The notes below the pieces were generated by a model. The model worked only from the letters and a program-made list of their open reading frames with translations. It ran no database searches and was not told the origin of the DNA. A program made the position numbers and the translations under genes. A stretch of 63,332 nt of DNA, filler included, from Octopus bimaculoides (taxonomy: Eukaryota), in the NCBI RefSeq assembly GCF_001194135.2. It is 5 parts of 4 records of this genome, joined end to end, with 100 filler letters (N's around TTAATTAATTAA, not from the genome) between each part and the next. Parts side by side here need not be neighbours in the genome. Positions count along the whole stretch, not along the records: positions 51,051 to 55,590 come from NC_068986.1; positions 55,691 to 63,332 come from NC_068988.1; 3 more parts are not named here. One strand, written 5' to 3'. Every line of letters starts with the position of its first letter. Position 1 is the stretch's first letter. This document shows positions 50,951-63,332 of this stretch, piece after piece.

Positions 50951-51449
50951 NNNNNNNNNNNNNNNNNNNNNNNNNNNNNNNNNNNNNNNNNNNNTTAATT
51001 AATTAANNNNNNNNNNNNNNNNNNNNNNNNNNNNNNNNNNNNNNNNNNNNCTTTATGTTGCATGTCTCGTTTCTCTGTTTGTTTTTTTCGTTGTTCGAAA
51101 AAAGTTCATTTTCAATATTTTCGTTTTTATGTTTTCGTTTCTCATTGTGTTTAACGTTCTTTTGATGTCCTGTACAAATTTTGATATTGAAATCAAATGT
51201 TATCCAAACGTAATCTGCTTCGGACAAATATATCTAATAAAATAAATGACTAAAACAATTTTTGAAATTGAAATAAAATGTTACTCAAAATGTGGAGGTT
51301 TTTAAATTTTTTTTATCACGGGTGCCACTAACTTGCGCAGGTGCATGCGTCCAGAAACAACGTGCAATTGTCATGGTAACAAGCTGTTAATGCCTTGCTG
51401 TCTGTTGATGGGCTAAAATTACCCAAATTTTCAAACTTTAATACCAAAT

Positions 51450-53456
51450 AACATCAAACTCTTAAATTGTTCATCTGTGGAAAGTATTAAATATATCTTG
51501 AAGAGACATGGTTGTGCTTCTGTTGAAGTAAGAGAACCCAGCGGCAGATTGTGAGCAGAATGAAGCTTATGATAAAATTACTAATTATCTTGCTTGCCGA
51601 TATGTTTCTCCTCTGGAAACTATGTAGAGACTGACAGAGTTCAAGCTACATGGCACATATCACACTTGCAGTACATCTTGAAGACCAGCAAAGAGTGTAC
51701 TTTCACAGAGACAACGCTCAGCAAGCTGCTCAGGTCCAGAGGGACCGTGACACTACCTTCACTGCATGGTTTAAACTGAACGAGCATGATGATGCAAGGA
51801 ACCACTGACATTCTGCTGCATTATGTGTTTAATGAATGCACTAGAACATAGACACCAAGGCAAAGGAATACTAATATCATCAGTAGAATGTATACGGTGA
51901 GCCCTAGAGACACAGACAAATTTCACTTGCGAATGTTGCTGCTGCATGTTTATGGTGCCGTGAGCTTCCAGGACTTGTGAACTGTAGAAGGAGAAATTTT
52001 GCCAACATTTAAGGCAGCATGCCTGAGATATGGTCTTTTCTCAAACAATGATACACTGGAACATGCATTACTAGAAGCTGCTGCCTGTCAGATGCCCTTA
52101 CAGTTGCATGTTATATTTGCTGCCCTGTGCACGTATATGAACCCTGAAAATGCTCTTCACCTGTGGACCACTCACAACGAATCCATGATTGAAGATTTCT
52201 TGCACCAAAGTTTTAATACAAAACCCACAGAAAACATGGCACTGCACTCAATTGGTACAATCCTGATAGAGAATGGCATTAATTGTTTAGCATTGGACTG
52301 CCTGAACCTATTGGAGCACCACAGCTTGACCATCATGAAGATCTCAATCACCCAAGCATTGCAACACTTACTAATGAACAGAGACTGATTGCTAATGCTG
52401 TGCTTGAATCTGTAGATAAAAAAAGGAGAGGTGAGGTTCCCAACCACTCCTGTTTCTATGTAGATGGACCAGAAGGTTGTGGTAAAACTTATGTTTAATA
52501 CTATAATTTCTTATCTGGAACAACTGCAATGTGTGCAGTGGGGCTTGGTCAGACATTGCCTCTATACTAGTGTCAGGTTGAAAGACTATCCATAGTTTGT
52601 TCAAGTTGCTTGTCCCACTCACAGAGGCCAGCATTTGTCCTGTACCAACCACTTCAGACCATGCAAATCATTTACAAAACCTGGATTTGATCATCTTGGA
52701 TGAGGCTTCTATGATCCCTTCATTTGCTCTTCATGCTATTGATAAAGTTTTTGAGATATCACTGACAATGTTGCTGTTTTTGGTGGTAAAGTTGTACTCT
52801 TGGGAGGGAGACTTTAGGCAAGTCCTAACCATACAAGAGGAACTTGTGAGGCAATTATTGAAATCTGTATTAAAAATTCTCCTCTATGGCTGAATTTCAT
52901 CCAATACAGATTAAGCCAAAACATCAGGACAACAGCAGATCAAAGGGAATTTGCAGCATGGTTCTCATATTTTGGCAATGGAACATATACAGTGCCACAA
53001 GATCTTAATCTTGTTGTTGATGACATAGAAGTTCCTCAAATTTCATGCATTGACAGCTCTCTGGTGGATGATATCTTCAACAATACATCTGAGGAAGCAG
53101 AGTAATTCTTTCGCCAAAGAACTCAGACTGCCTCCTGATCAATGAAGAAATTTTGAGACAACTTCCAGGTGCCTGCCACACTATTAAAGTACAGATAAAG
53201 TTTTGACAGATGATCCTGCTGAGGCTGAGTGCCATCCACTTGAATTTCCAAACTCTTTGACACCATCAGGAATGCCTCCTCATAAACTGAGTTTAAAACC
53301 CAGTTCAATAGTAATGCTTCTTTGTAACATTTTTATCCAGAATGGACTCTGCAATGGTACAAGTCTGGAAGTGGTGGCCATGCATCAACATTCTGTCGAG
53401 GCTTCCTTGATTATCAGCTCACTAATTGGCAAACGTGTCCTCATCCCGAAAATAAA
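51450..53456 (+). mobile_element. Helitron Rep/PIF1-helicase remnant
   Basis: CSSVESIKYI, RYVSP, SRMYTVSPRD.DKFHLRMLLLHV.GA.SF, PTFKAAC, Walker A DGPEGCGKT, LIILDEASM, GDFRQVL, TPSGMPPHKL, NGLCNGT, VLIPKI. Many frameshifts. Confidence 0.92.
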
Positions 53457-54572
53457 GCTATTCTTATTCTAGCAGCTACACTTTCAGTGCACCCTCCCCC
53501 ACTACTAACTTGGTCACCTAGAGAGCGGAAGCTATCAACTATGTCTAGTTTTTCTCCCTGGAATGTGGCAGAAGTTGTTTTCTGCACATTTTCAGTGTTT
53601 ATTGCTCCTGAACATCTGCCACATACAAAAACTAACTTCTTAGTTAACCTTCTTTTGATATTGCTGCACCTCTTATGTGTCCATAGCTTACACTGAGTAC
53701 ATCTTATGGAGTTTCTGCCTATGCCTTTTCTACAGATCGAGCAGGGCCATCTACCTGAAGGGTTTGTGTTTTGTCTACCTTCCTACTTATTAGGACTTTG
53801 GTTTTAGCTAGGTTGACTCTAAGGCCCTTCGATTCCAGTCCTTGCTTCCACACCTGAAACTTCTCCTCTAGTTCTGATAGTGACTCCGCAATTAGGGCAA
53901 GGTCATCAGCGTAGAGGAGCTCCCAGGGGCATCCTGTCTTGAATTCCTGTGTTATTGCCTGCAGGACTATGACAAATAGGAGGGGACTGAGAACTGATCC
54001 TTGGTGGACCCCTACCTCTACCCGGAATTCTTCACTGTACTCGTTGCCAACCCGCACCTTACTGACAGCGTCTCAGTACATGACTCGCACAGCACTCACT
54101 AACCATTCTTCTATCCCTAGTTTCCTCATTGACCACCAGATAAGGGATCGGGGGACCCTGTCAAAGGCTTTCTCCATGTCAACCAAAGTCAGGTACAGAG
54201 GTTTATCTTTGGCTAGGTATTTCTCCTGCAGCTGTCTTACCAGAAATATAGCATCAGTGGTGCTTTTTCCTGGCACGAACCCAAACTGCATCTCATCTAA
54301 ACTAACTCTCACCCTAATTAGTTGGGCTATGACCCTCTCCGTGACTTTCATTTCCTGATTCAGCAACTTGATACCTCTGTAATTGTTTGTATCTAAAGCG
54401 TCACCTTTATCTTTGTAGCAGTTGACTATGGTGCTGCTACACCAGTCATTGGGTATGACTCCTTTGTGTATCACCTGGGGGACTAGGCTATAGCCGACAC
54501 TGCCAGATATTTTGAGCATCACTGCAGTGATACCTGATGGGCCGGGGGCTTTCCCTCTCTTCATACTCTTTG
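53457..54572 (-). mobile_element. RTE-clade LINE ORF remnant (RT + PHD-like finger)
   Basis: GKAPGPSG, NYRGIKLL, QFGFVPGKST, VDMEKAFDRVP, GVHQGSVLSPLLF, LLYADDL, then WPCSIC..CTQC..HKRC..CGRC and SLGDQVSSGGGCTESVAARI. Confidence 0.93.
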
Positions 54573-54669
54573 GGCTGGCAGTATATATGTATGAATGTCT
54601 AAATATATATGTATTATGTTACGTGTATGCATGTAAACACCTATGTGTACATGTGGATTAGGTTGCGTG

Positions 54670-54726
<57 letters not shown>

Positions 54727-55105
54727 GTGTGCGTGGATATGTGTGTAAGTATGAGTACACACATACACATGTTTGTGTGAGTGTGTATATATGTAGACGT
54801 TATGAACACAGGAAGTTTATGATTATGTATTGTGAGAATATGGTTGCATGTATTTTGTATCTGTTTTTTTCTACCTATTACAGTAACTTCCCTTTTATTC
54901 AATGGTTTTTCATAGTGTCTGTTGCCATTAATAGCCAACAAGAATGTGTCGTAGCTCTTCACTCAGACATTTGAAACTCTAAGTACTATAATGACAACTT
55001 TTGACTGTTTGTTCTAAATTATGACATATATAAATAATCCTCTATTTATCTAATATCGAGGTCTCATTCTTTTGTTATTACTTATTATTATTATTATTAT
55101 TATTA

Positions 55106-55140
<35 letters not shown>

Positions 55141-55196
55141 GAAAAAATTGGCGTCAACAAGGAGTATGGTTGACATTTATTTTTTAATCATTACAG

Positions 55197-55478
55197 TTGT
55201 TTCTACACAACATAGTTTTCCAGGCATGCAGGTACTTCATTATGCAACTGTTTCCCTTCGTTATGAGATCTAGTTGTGTTTCCTCAAGTGATATGTAAGT
55301 ATTGTCTCTGTAATTTCAAAATGCTCAGTTTCAAGAACATCCTCTCTGTGTGTTATGGCCTGAATTTAATAGTAGTCACTGACTACTATTAAATAAATGT
55401 CCAACTGTACTCCTTGTTGACTCCAATTTATTCAATTATCTATTCACACATGGCAGATGCCAAAATGCAAACCTGGAA
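55197..55478 (+). CDS. Candidate exon pair 55197-55294 and 55457-55478
   Basis: Acceptors TTTTTAATCATTACAG and TATTCACACATGGCAG; donors GTAAGT and GTATGT. The joined 120 nt are open: LFLHNIVFQACRYFIMQLFPFVMRSSCVSSSDICQNANLE. Confidence 0.35.
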
Positions 55479-56601
55479 GTATGTATAATACTACTACTGG
55501 ACAGCACAAGATAAATCTGAAGGTGAACGAGTTTTATACTGTACTTTACTACGTTCCTAACAGAATATTTCATAACTATATATAAATATANNNNNNNNNN
55601 NNNNNNNNNNNNNNNNNNNNNNNNNNNNNNNNNNTTAATTAATTAANNNNNNNNNNNNNNNNNNNNNNNNNNNNNNNNNNNNNNNNNNNNGGGATATTCA
55701 GCATGACACACTGTGACAGAAACAGGAAGTAAAAGTGAGAGAAAGTTGTGGTGAAAGAGTACAGCAGGGTTCGCCACCATCCCCTACCGGAGCCTTGTGG
55801 AGCTTTAGGTGTTTTCGCTCAATAAACACTCACAACGCCCGGTCTGGGAATCGAAACCGCGATCCTATGACCGCGAGTCCGCTGCCCTAACTACTGGGCC
55901 ATTGTGCCTCCACGATGTGATGTATAACTTTCTACTTAATGTACAAGGTCAGAAATTTTCAGGGAAAGGGTTAGTCGATGCCATTAAGTCCTGTACTTGA
56001 TTTGTACGTTATTTCATTGACTCCAGAGGAATTACTGACAATGTTGACTTCAGCAGGATTTGTACATTGAACATAAAGAGTTGGAATAAATATCGCAAAG
56101 CCATTTTTTCCATTTCTCTATGGATTCTGAGTGCTCACCACTGTATAATGGTTAGCGCTTACCCCTTCCGATTATTTATTTACTGATTAACTTCACCATT
56201 TCTTCATTTTCAGTGATTTTATTGCTTTTCATTGTCCATTTGCTCCGTCTTTTATTTTTATCATTCACCTTTTTTTTTTTTTTTACTTATTTCGGTCATT
56301 GGATTGTGGTCATGCTGGAGCACTGTCTCGTATCGGTTTCATTAAACAAACCAACCCTAGCACTTGTTTCAAAAGTTTGGTACTTATTCTATCGATTTGT
56401 TTTGCCGAACCTTTAAGTTATGGGGACATAAACAATTATCACTGGCTGTCAAGCAGTGTGTGTGAGGACACACATACACACACATCATCTATGTATCTAT
56501 CTATTTATTTCTATATATGTAACAGGCTTCTTTCAGTGTACTGAGCGTTCAGAGATGTGAATTTTTCCGAGAAATAAAATATCTAAACTAGGTTAAAATA
56601 C

Positions 56602-57560
56602 ATTATTTACATTATTTACATTTGATAGATATTTGTCCTCATCTTCTTTGTTGTTAATACGTTTCGGCTGATATATCCTCCAGCCTTCATCAGGTGTCTT
56701 GGGGAAATTTCGAACCTGGGTTCTCATCCCTAAAGTATTTTTCGGTGTTATTATTATGATAGTTATTTTTCAGGTCACTGCCAGGAATCGAACTTAGAAT
56801 CTTGGAGTTAGTAACCCGTGGGCATATGGCGTAGTGGTTAAGAGTGCGGACTACTAACTCCAAGATTCTGAGTTCGATTCCAGGCAGTGACATGAATAAT
56901 AATAATAATAACGATAATGATAATAATAATAATAACGATAATGATAATAATAATGATAAGGCGCCGCAGTGGCTGTGTGGTAAGTAGCTTGCTTACCAAC
57001 CACATAGTTCTGAGTTCAGTCCCACTGTGTGGCACCTTGGGCAAGTGTCTTCTACTGTAGCCTCAGGCCGATCAAAGCCTTGTGAGTGGATTTGTTAGAT
57101 GGAAACTGAAAAAAGCCCATCGTATAAATGTATGTATATATATATGTGTTTGTATGTCTGTGTTTGTCCTCCCACCATCGGTTGACAACCGATGCTGGTG
57201 TGTTTACGTCCCCGTAACTTAGCAGTTCGGTAAAAAGAGACCGATAGAATAAGTACTAGGCTTACAGAGAATAAGTCTTGGGGTCGATTTTCTCGACTAA
57301 AGGCAGTGCTCCAGCATGGCCGCAGTCAAATAAATGAACTAAGAAAAAGAGTAAACGAATAATAATAATAATAATAACAACAACATCGAAAAATACCTTA
57401 GGAATGAGAACCCAGGTTCGAAATTTCTCCAAGACACCTGATGAAAGCTGGAGGGTATATCAGCTGAAACATTGGGTTAACAACAAACAAGATGAGGACA
57501 AATATCTGTCAAATGTAAATAATGTACATAATCCCCCATCTCTTAAATATAGAACTGTAT
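56602..57560. mobile_element. SINE-H copy 3: head-to-head inverted pair with nested SINE-C
   Basis: Minus copy 56602-56820 and plus copy 56821-57560 (A box 56827-56837, B box 56872-56880, degenerate HHR 57433-57478). 13-bp TSD TAGGTTAAAATAC 56589-56601/57561-57573. Confidence 0.88.
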
Positions 57561-60009
57561 TAGGTTAAAATACTTGTATATCAGACGCATTTTCAAAGAA
57601 ATAAAAACCTTTGGTGAGATTAGAACATGAATAGGAAGTTGTGTTATCAGTGAGCAGGTATATGCCTGATGACGCATTAAGTCCAATAAAATTTTAATAT
57701 TTAAGGCCTCACTTTCTTCAGTAATTTCCATAAATGTTTTACACACTCACACGCACACGCGCACTCACACACACACCGAACAATGAGAATGAGTGTTCAA
57801 GAAAGCATTTGTGTTTGCCACCTTGGAATCCTCTGTGTAGTGGGTTGATCCACTACTCAGGAAGAGACTATTCTAGAGTACGTTCTGTCTTGTCTTCGAA
57901 ACGTCTAGATAGAATAGAGACAGCTGATGAAGGGATATTCCAAGTGGCTTTCCGTTTTCCTATGTGTTCGTTCCGTTGTCTGTAGTTTATTGTTCTAACG
58001 TCCTGTACCCTGATATGCATGTATATACACATGTAGATGTAAGTATGTACATATATGTGTGTATACATGTATATATATTCTTTGTATTATTATATATATA
58101 TATATATATATATATAAAGGGCATTAACTGTGCATCAATGCCTCACGCTATCGAGGGACTAAATTAATGCCCTTTATATATTATTAAATATATCTATGAA
58201 GAAACGATGAATTTTTTCATAACAAAATTTTTCGTTATCTTTTCATTATGAGGTTTTTTCACGCTGACTACTTGATAAATTCTTATAAAGAATTTATCCT
58301 ATATTATATTATATAGATAGATAGATAGATAACCTCTGAATTTTTGAGAAAATACCTCTTTCTTCTAACAAGTATAACCTAAATATTAATCCTGTATATC
58401 TTTGGTTTAATAGTTATAAATTAAGAAAGGCAGTGAGCTGGCACAAATGCTAGCTCACTAGGTGAAATGGTTAGCGGTATTTCCGCTGTCTTTACTTCTG
58501 AGTTCAAATTTCACCAAGGTCAAGTTTGCTTTTCATCCTTTCGGGGTCGATAAATTAAGTACCAGTTGCGTACTGGGCTGATCTAATCGACTGGCCCCCA
58601 GCCCCAAAATTTCAGACCTAGAGTAGAAAAGAATACTTATAAATGGAGTATCTGCCTTTAAGTTGGCTTTAAAAAGAAATAAAGGATTTTTAATTTGGCA
58701 CTCATCAACTAAATTCAATCATAAAACTGCGGCCATGAAGGGCTAAGTCAATCTAATCAGCAACTACACATTTTATTTTTGAAAACATATCAATTCTGTC
58801 ATTTCGACCCCCACCCCACCCATTGTTGCCGAACCACTAGGGCATAGAACATGAACAAACCAACACTGATAAATGGTGAAAGACAGACACAATTTTAGAA
58901 TTTTTGAGATATAAAGAGTAAACTTTTTCCTAACAAACATTTTCATTTTTGTTCATAGTGAATATTTATTCTTTTGGAGGCGCAATGGCCCAGTGGACTT
59001 GCGGTCATTTCACCCAATATCTCGCTTATTTCTATTTAAAATGCTATTTTGAAATGTTATTTTGAAAATTCCAGCGTGTTTCTAAGGCTGTTTTATGCTA
59101 GAAATTAAAGTTTCATAAAAAAAAATTGCAGTTAATAGAATTATGGGAGGTAATGGGTTAACATAAACGTTGGCCATCAATGGATTTAAAAACCAAATAA
59201 TTCAAAGACAAATTTGTTTAATCACTTCTGAATTAAATTTTATGCTACAGGAAGAAAATAGATATCAATAAAGGTATATAATATATTTTTATGTATGACA
59301 TTAAATGTATTTTAATGGTTCCATAAGAATTTGTTTCAAAATGGTGATGTAATGAGTGAAAACTATTTTCAGTTGCAGTTCTTTCCCTTTACATATATGG
59401 AAACCCATATGAGCCATCTCTGATCTGATGCGAAGTTGATCAATCACCCAGCGATGGATATTATTGGTTACAAAATGTGAAACAGTTGATATATGACTAC
59501 CTTTCGTTTTTTTTTAAATTATCTAAGCCATAAGTATTCAGATTACTCTTTCAAATGTGTTTATTTACAGTTTTTTAATTATATCATAGCTTTGAGATTT
59601 GAACGACACAATTGTTTTCTTTTTAAAATGACATTGTAGGGTAGGTGTGAGAGGCTGAATCTGGCTGGTTTGAACATAAAACAGGTAGAATATTTGAGCT
59701 GGATATGACTGGCTTAAATGCTAAATGGTTAATCAAAGAAGGAAGGGGCAACAGTCACTTCTTTTAAGAGCCTTTGAGACAGGTGAGAGAAAAGGATGCT
59801 ATTCTTAGATTGAAGAGTTCATTTGAATACTTACGATAGCATGAACTCCAAGTAAAAACACCCAAGGACCAGATGATGGTGTTTAACAAAAATAAAGCTT
59901 ATAAACCACTTTATTATAAATCTGCCCAAGCTTCACTCTTCATTGCTGACTCCCATAGTAACCTTCTTGTCATTCAAGAACAATATATTGCAATATCTTT
60001 ACCATTAGT

Positions 60010-60715
60010 TAAGGTGGTGAGCTAGCAGGATCATCATGCTTAGCAGCATTTTATCCATTCTTATGTTCTGAGTTCAAATTCTATCAAGGTCAGCTTTGCT
60101 TTCCATCCTTCCAGAATTGATAAAATAAGTACCAGTTGAATACTGGGGTCAATATAATGAACTCACCACCTCCTTCAAAACTGCTTGAGCTAAATTTTGA
60201 AACCAATATTTTTTCCGTTAGATAAGGTGGTAGGCTAGCAGAATTGCTTGCATGCCAGGCAAAATGCTTAGCAGCCTTTCATTTGTCTTTACGGTCTGAG
60301 TTCAGATCCTGCTAAGGTTGAATTCTCTTTTCATCATTCCAGGGTCAATAAAATAAATACTAGTTGAGGCCCTTCCCCCAAAACTGCTGGCCTTGTGCCA
60401 AAATTTGAAACCAATATTAAGAATGACCAAATGCTGTCTGTAAGTACTATGCCCTATTCGGTTGAACTGTTGACTTGACTTTCAGCTTTTCAGGTTCAAT
60501 AAAATAAAGTATAAGCCATAAAGCAGCAAGCTGGCAGAAACGTTAGCACACCGGGCAAAATGCTTAGTGGTATTTCGTCTGTCTTTACGTTCTGAGTTCA
60601 AATTCCACTGAGGTTGACTTTGCCTTTCATCCTTTCGGAGTTTATAAATTAAGTACCAGTTGCATACTGGGGTCAATCTAAAATTTCAGGCCTTGTTCCT
60701 AGAGTAGAAAAGAAT
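60010..60715 (+). mobile_element. Three CpG-decayed SINE-A copies
   Basis: Located at 60010-60205, 60225-60420 and 60520-60715. Confidence 0.8.
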
Positions 60716-61326
60716 AAAGCATCAGCCAAGCACTAGGAATTGACAAAATCATTTATACCATTCATGGGTAAACTGGCCAGTGATATTCTCTGAATGGCAT
60801 GCCTAACAAAAAAATTACTAAGAATTTCTTTTAGTAGTGTGGCCTGCTTATTAATGAGTTATGTCTCAGGTGGCCCAATTCCCAAAAAAGGTTGCCCCCA
60901 CCTGGTCTTTACCTTTCCCCTAATTTGGAAGAATTTTAGAAATTAGTGTAAGGAATGGACAAGGGTTGTTGATGTAGCATAATCAATAGAGTGTCTGACT
61001 AAATACCATGTACTATTTAGTTTACATTCTGCTAAAAAATCATCCCAAACTCAATTTTGTACTTCATTTTGGGATTAAAAAAATAACAGCCAAAGACTGG
61101 GGTCTATAAACCCAACTATATTTCTTACCCAAATGTGAAAACCTTGTAACTTTATACGTGTCTGTGGAGTGCTCAGCCACTTGCACGTTAATTTCATGAG
61201 CAGGCTGTTCCGTTGATTGGATCAACTGGAACCCTGGACGTCGTAAGCGACGGAGTGCCAACATATGCATCACATCATGATTTATTTACATATCGCCCAG
61301 TGTTTTGAATCTGAACAAAGTAACTA

Positions 61327-61487
61327 GGATTTTCCTGATTTGGCGGACACTATTTGTTTTCTAAAAAATGTTTCTCTGTTCTATAAGCCAAAATATACAA
61401 GTATACGAAGTTTTAAAGTGTTTCGGTAGAAAACACACTAAATAAAAACTAAATAAAAAAATGGTATCCGCCAAATCAGAAAGATCC
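61327..61487. mobile_element. MITE with about 29-bp TIRs and 8-bp TSD
   Basis: GGATTTTCCTGATTTGGCGGACACTATTT / AAATGGTATCCGCCAAATCAGAAAGATCC. Perfect TSD AGTAACTA 61319-61326/61488-61495. Confidence 0.85.
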
Positions 61488-63332
61488 AGTAACTAATACG
61501 AACGTTTGAGCTAAACTTAAACGAAACCAACAAGGAAGGACGCTAGCAGCAATTTTCTTTACCAAAGGGCACTAACTCTTGCAATAATCCCTGTTGGTTA
61601 TTTTTCTTGAATCTTTTAATTTTATTTCGGTCGTCCTTTGTGGCTCCTTTTCATTTCGTTTCAAGAAACTTGATCTTGAGAAATACTTTAAAGACGTACA
61701 TATTTATATATTTTATCGGATCTTGTTAAATTTCTTCCAGTCGTATTAAGTTTTTCAAATTTTCACCAGATTATTTTCAAAATAAATTTGTTTTGCTATT
61801 GACGAAATTCGCATTGGTTTTTTTTTTTTTTTAAATTCAACTCATTAGTTATAATCATTTTAATATATATAATTTTAACCAAGCGAAAACTTCTAATTGC
61901 CGACATATCGTGTATGCTGATCTCCTACGAACTCGACCTACTAGAAATAACAGCGAAATCTTCCTCAAGCAGTACTATAACGTCAAAATAAAAAAAAGAA
62001 AAAAGAAAAAAGAGGACGAAATATTGTTCCACGGGGCAATGTTTCCACTTCCTGAGAGTGTTTTATTAATAATATATAAATCAATGGCAATCTCCACGAT
62101 GAAATCTTTTAAGGAACTCTCGATTCTCAGTACACTTACTGGGCACAACTTGGATGGCACTCCGTCGGTTACGACGACGAGGGTTCCAGTTGATCCGATC
62201 AACGGAACAGCCTGCTCGTAAAATTAACGTGCAAGTGGCTGAGCACTCCACAGACACGTGTACCCTTAACGTAGTTCTCGGGGAGATTCAGCGTGACACA
62301 GAGTGTGACAAGGCTGACCCTTTGAAATACAGGTACAACAGAAACAGGAAGTAAGAGTGAGAGAAATTTGTGGTGGAAGAGTACAGCAGGTTTCGCCCGT
62401 TCTGCAAATGGAAACCGCGAGTCCGCTGCCCTAACCACTGGGCCCCTCCACACTGGGCATAACGACTCAATATTAATTATTCTTTCTTTTGTTAATATTG
62501 TAAACAGGTTGATGATGGAGAAAGAATTGGTAACTACCTTTAAATCATAATTCCTAATCCATAAACCTTTTGTAATTTATTTACAAAGTTAATTGTGTAG
62601 AACAATGGCGGTGAAGTTGTTTAAACCAACATTTGTGCATGCCTGAACTCTGTACGTGTTTCAGTCAGTGGGCTGCGGCCATACAGGGGCAGTACCTTCC
62701 AGTGCTTTCAGCCAGTCGTGTGTGTATATACTCTTTCCCATTATTGTTGTTTTAATATATATGCTAGCCTACCTCTTGCAGCTACTGATGCATTTGTTTA
62801 TTCCATTGTAGAATTTTTCAGCAACAGCCTACCATAGTGGCTCTGCGGTAAGAAGCTTGCTTGCCAATCACACGATCCCAGGCACTTTGGGCGAGTGTAT
62901 TCTACTATGAGCCTTATGAGTTAATTTGGGAGACAGAAACTGAAAGAAGCCTGTTGGGCATGTATATATATATATAGTTAGTAAAAAAACATATCAGAAA
63001 GATGCACACTTTAACAAACAGAACAGTAATTATTACAACAAAACTCTCTATAAAATGTTGTTGTATATATATATATATATAGATATATATAGATATATAT
63101 CATCATCATCATCATCATCATCATCATCGTTTAACGTCCGCTTTCCATGCTAGCATGGGTTGGACGATTTGACTGAGGACTGGTGAAACCGGATGGCAAC
63201 ACCAGGCTCCAGTCTGATTTGGCAGAGTTTCTACAGCTGGATGCCCTTCCTAACGCCAACCACTCAGAGAGTGTAGTGGGTGCTTTTACGTGTCACCCGC
63301 ACGAAAACGACCACGCTCGAAATGGTGTCTTT

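Noticed and set aside
56821-56895. tRNA gene calls for A/B-box heads (also 14515, 14930 and 39567)
   Set aside because: They lack a complete cloverleaf and acceptor stem and are fused to SINE bodies.
58274-58298. 11-bp AT-rich hairpin GATAAATTCTT-ATA-AAGAATTTATC
   Set aside because: It is short, lies in very AT-rich sequence and has no associated structure.
61910-62221. 103-aa ORF
   Set aside because: It has a non-ATG start, includes poly-A/Lys runs, ends in a SINE-B tail and shows no recognisable domain.

Overview
Eukaryotic, AT-rich, repeat-dense DNA, almost certainly coleoid cephalopod (Octopus-like SINE families, long TA/CA/TACA microsatellites, 100-bp assembly gaps with a TTAATTAATTAA linker). 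No prokaryotic features. Most ORF-track entries are microsatellite, gap or SINE artefacts. The best host coding evidence is one minus-strand terminal exon (9495-10000) encoding a transmembrane helix plus a tyrosine-motif cytoplasmic tail; there is also a TATA/Inr promoter candidate near 22.9 kb and several weaker orphan exons. The rest is a layered transposon landscape: Tc1/mariner, piggyBac-, hAT- and pogo-like MITEs, a Helitron Rep/helicase remnant, CR1-, RTE- and R4/Dong-like LINE remnants, and several tRNA-derived SINE families. Most interesting: a set of hammerhead-ribozyme (HHR) motifs. These include a tRNA-headed SINE with a Penelope-type minimal HHR in its sense strand (three loci with 9-13-bp TSDs, two with Penelope-like inverted insertion structure) and a 316-bp terminally redundant unit with a type I HHR that resembles a retrozyme/circRNA retrocopy. 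All folds and family assignments were made by eye and were not computed.
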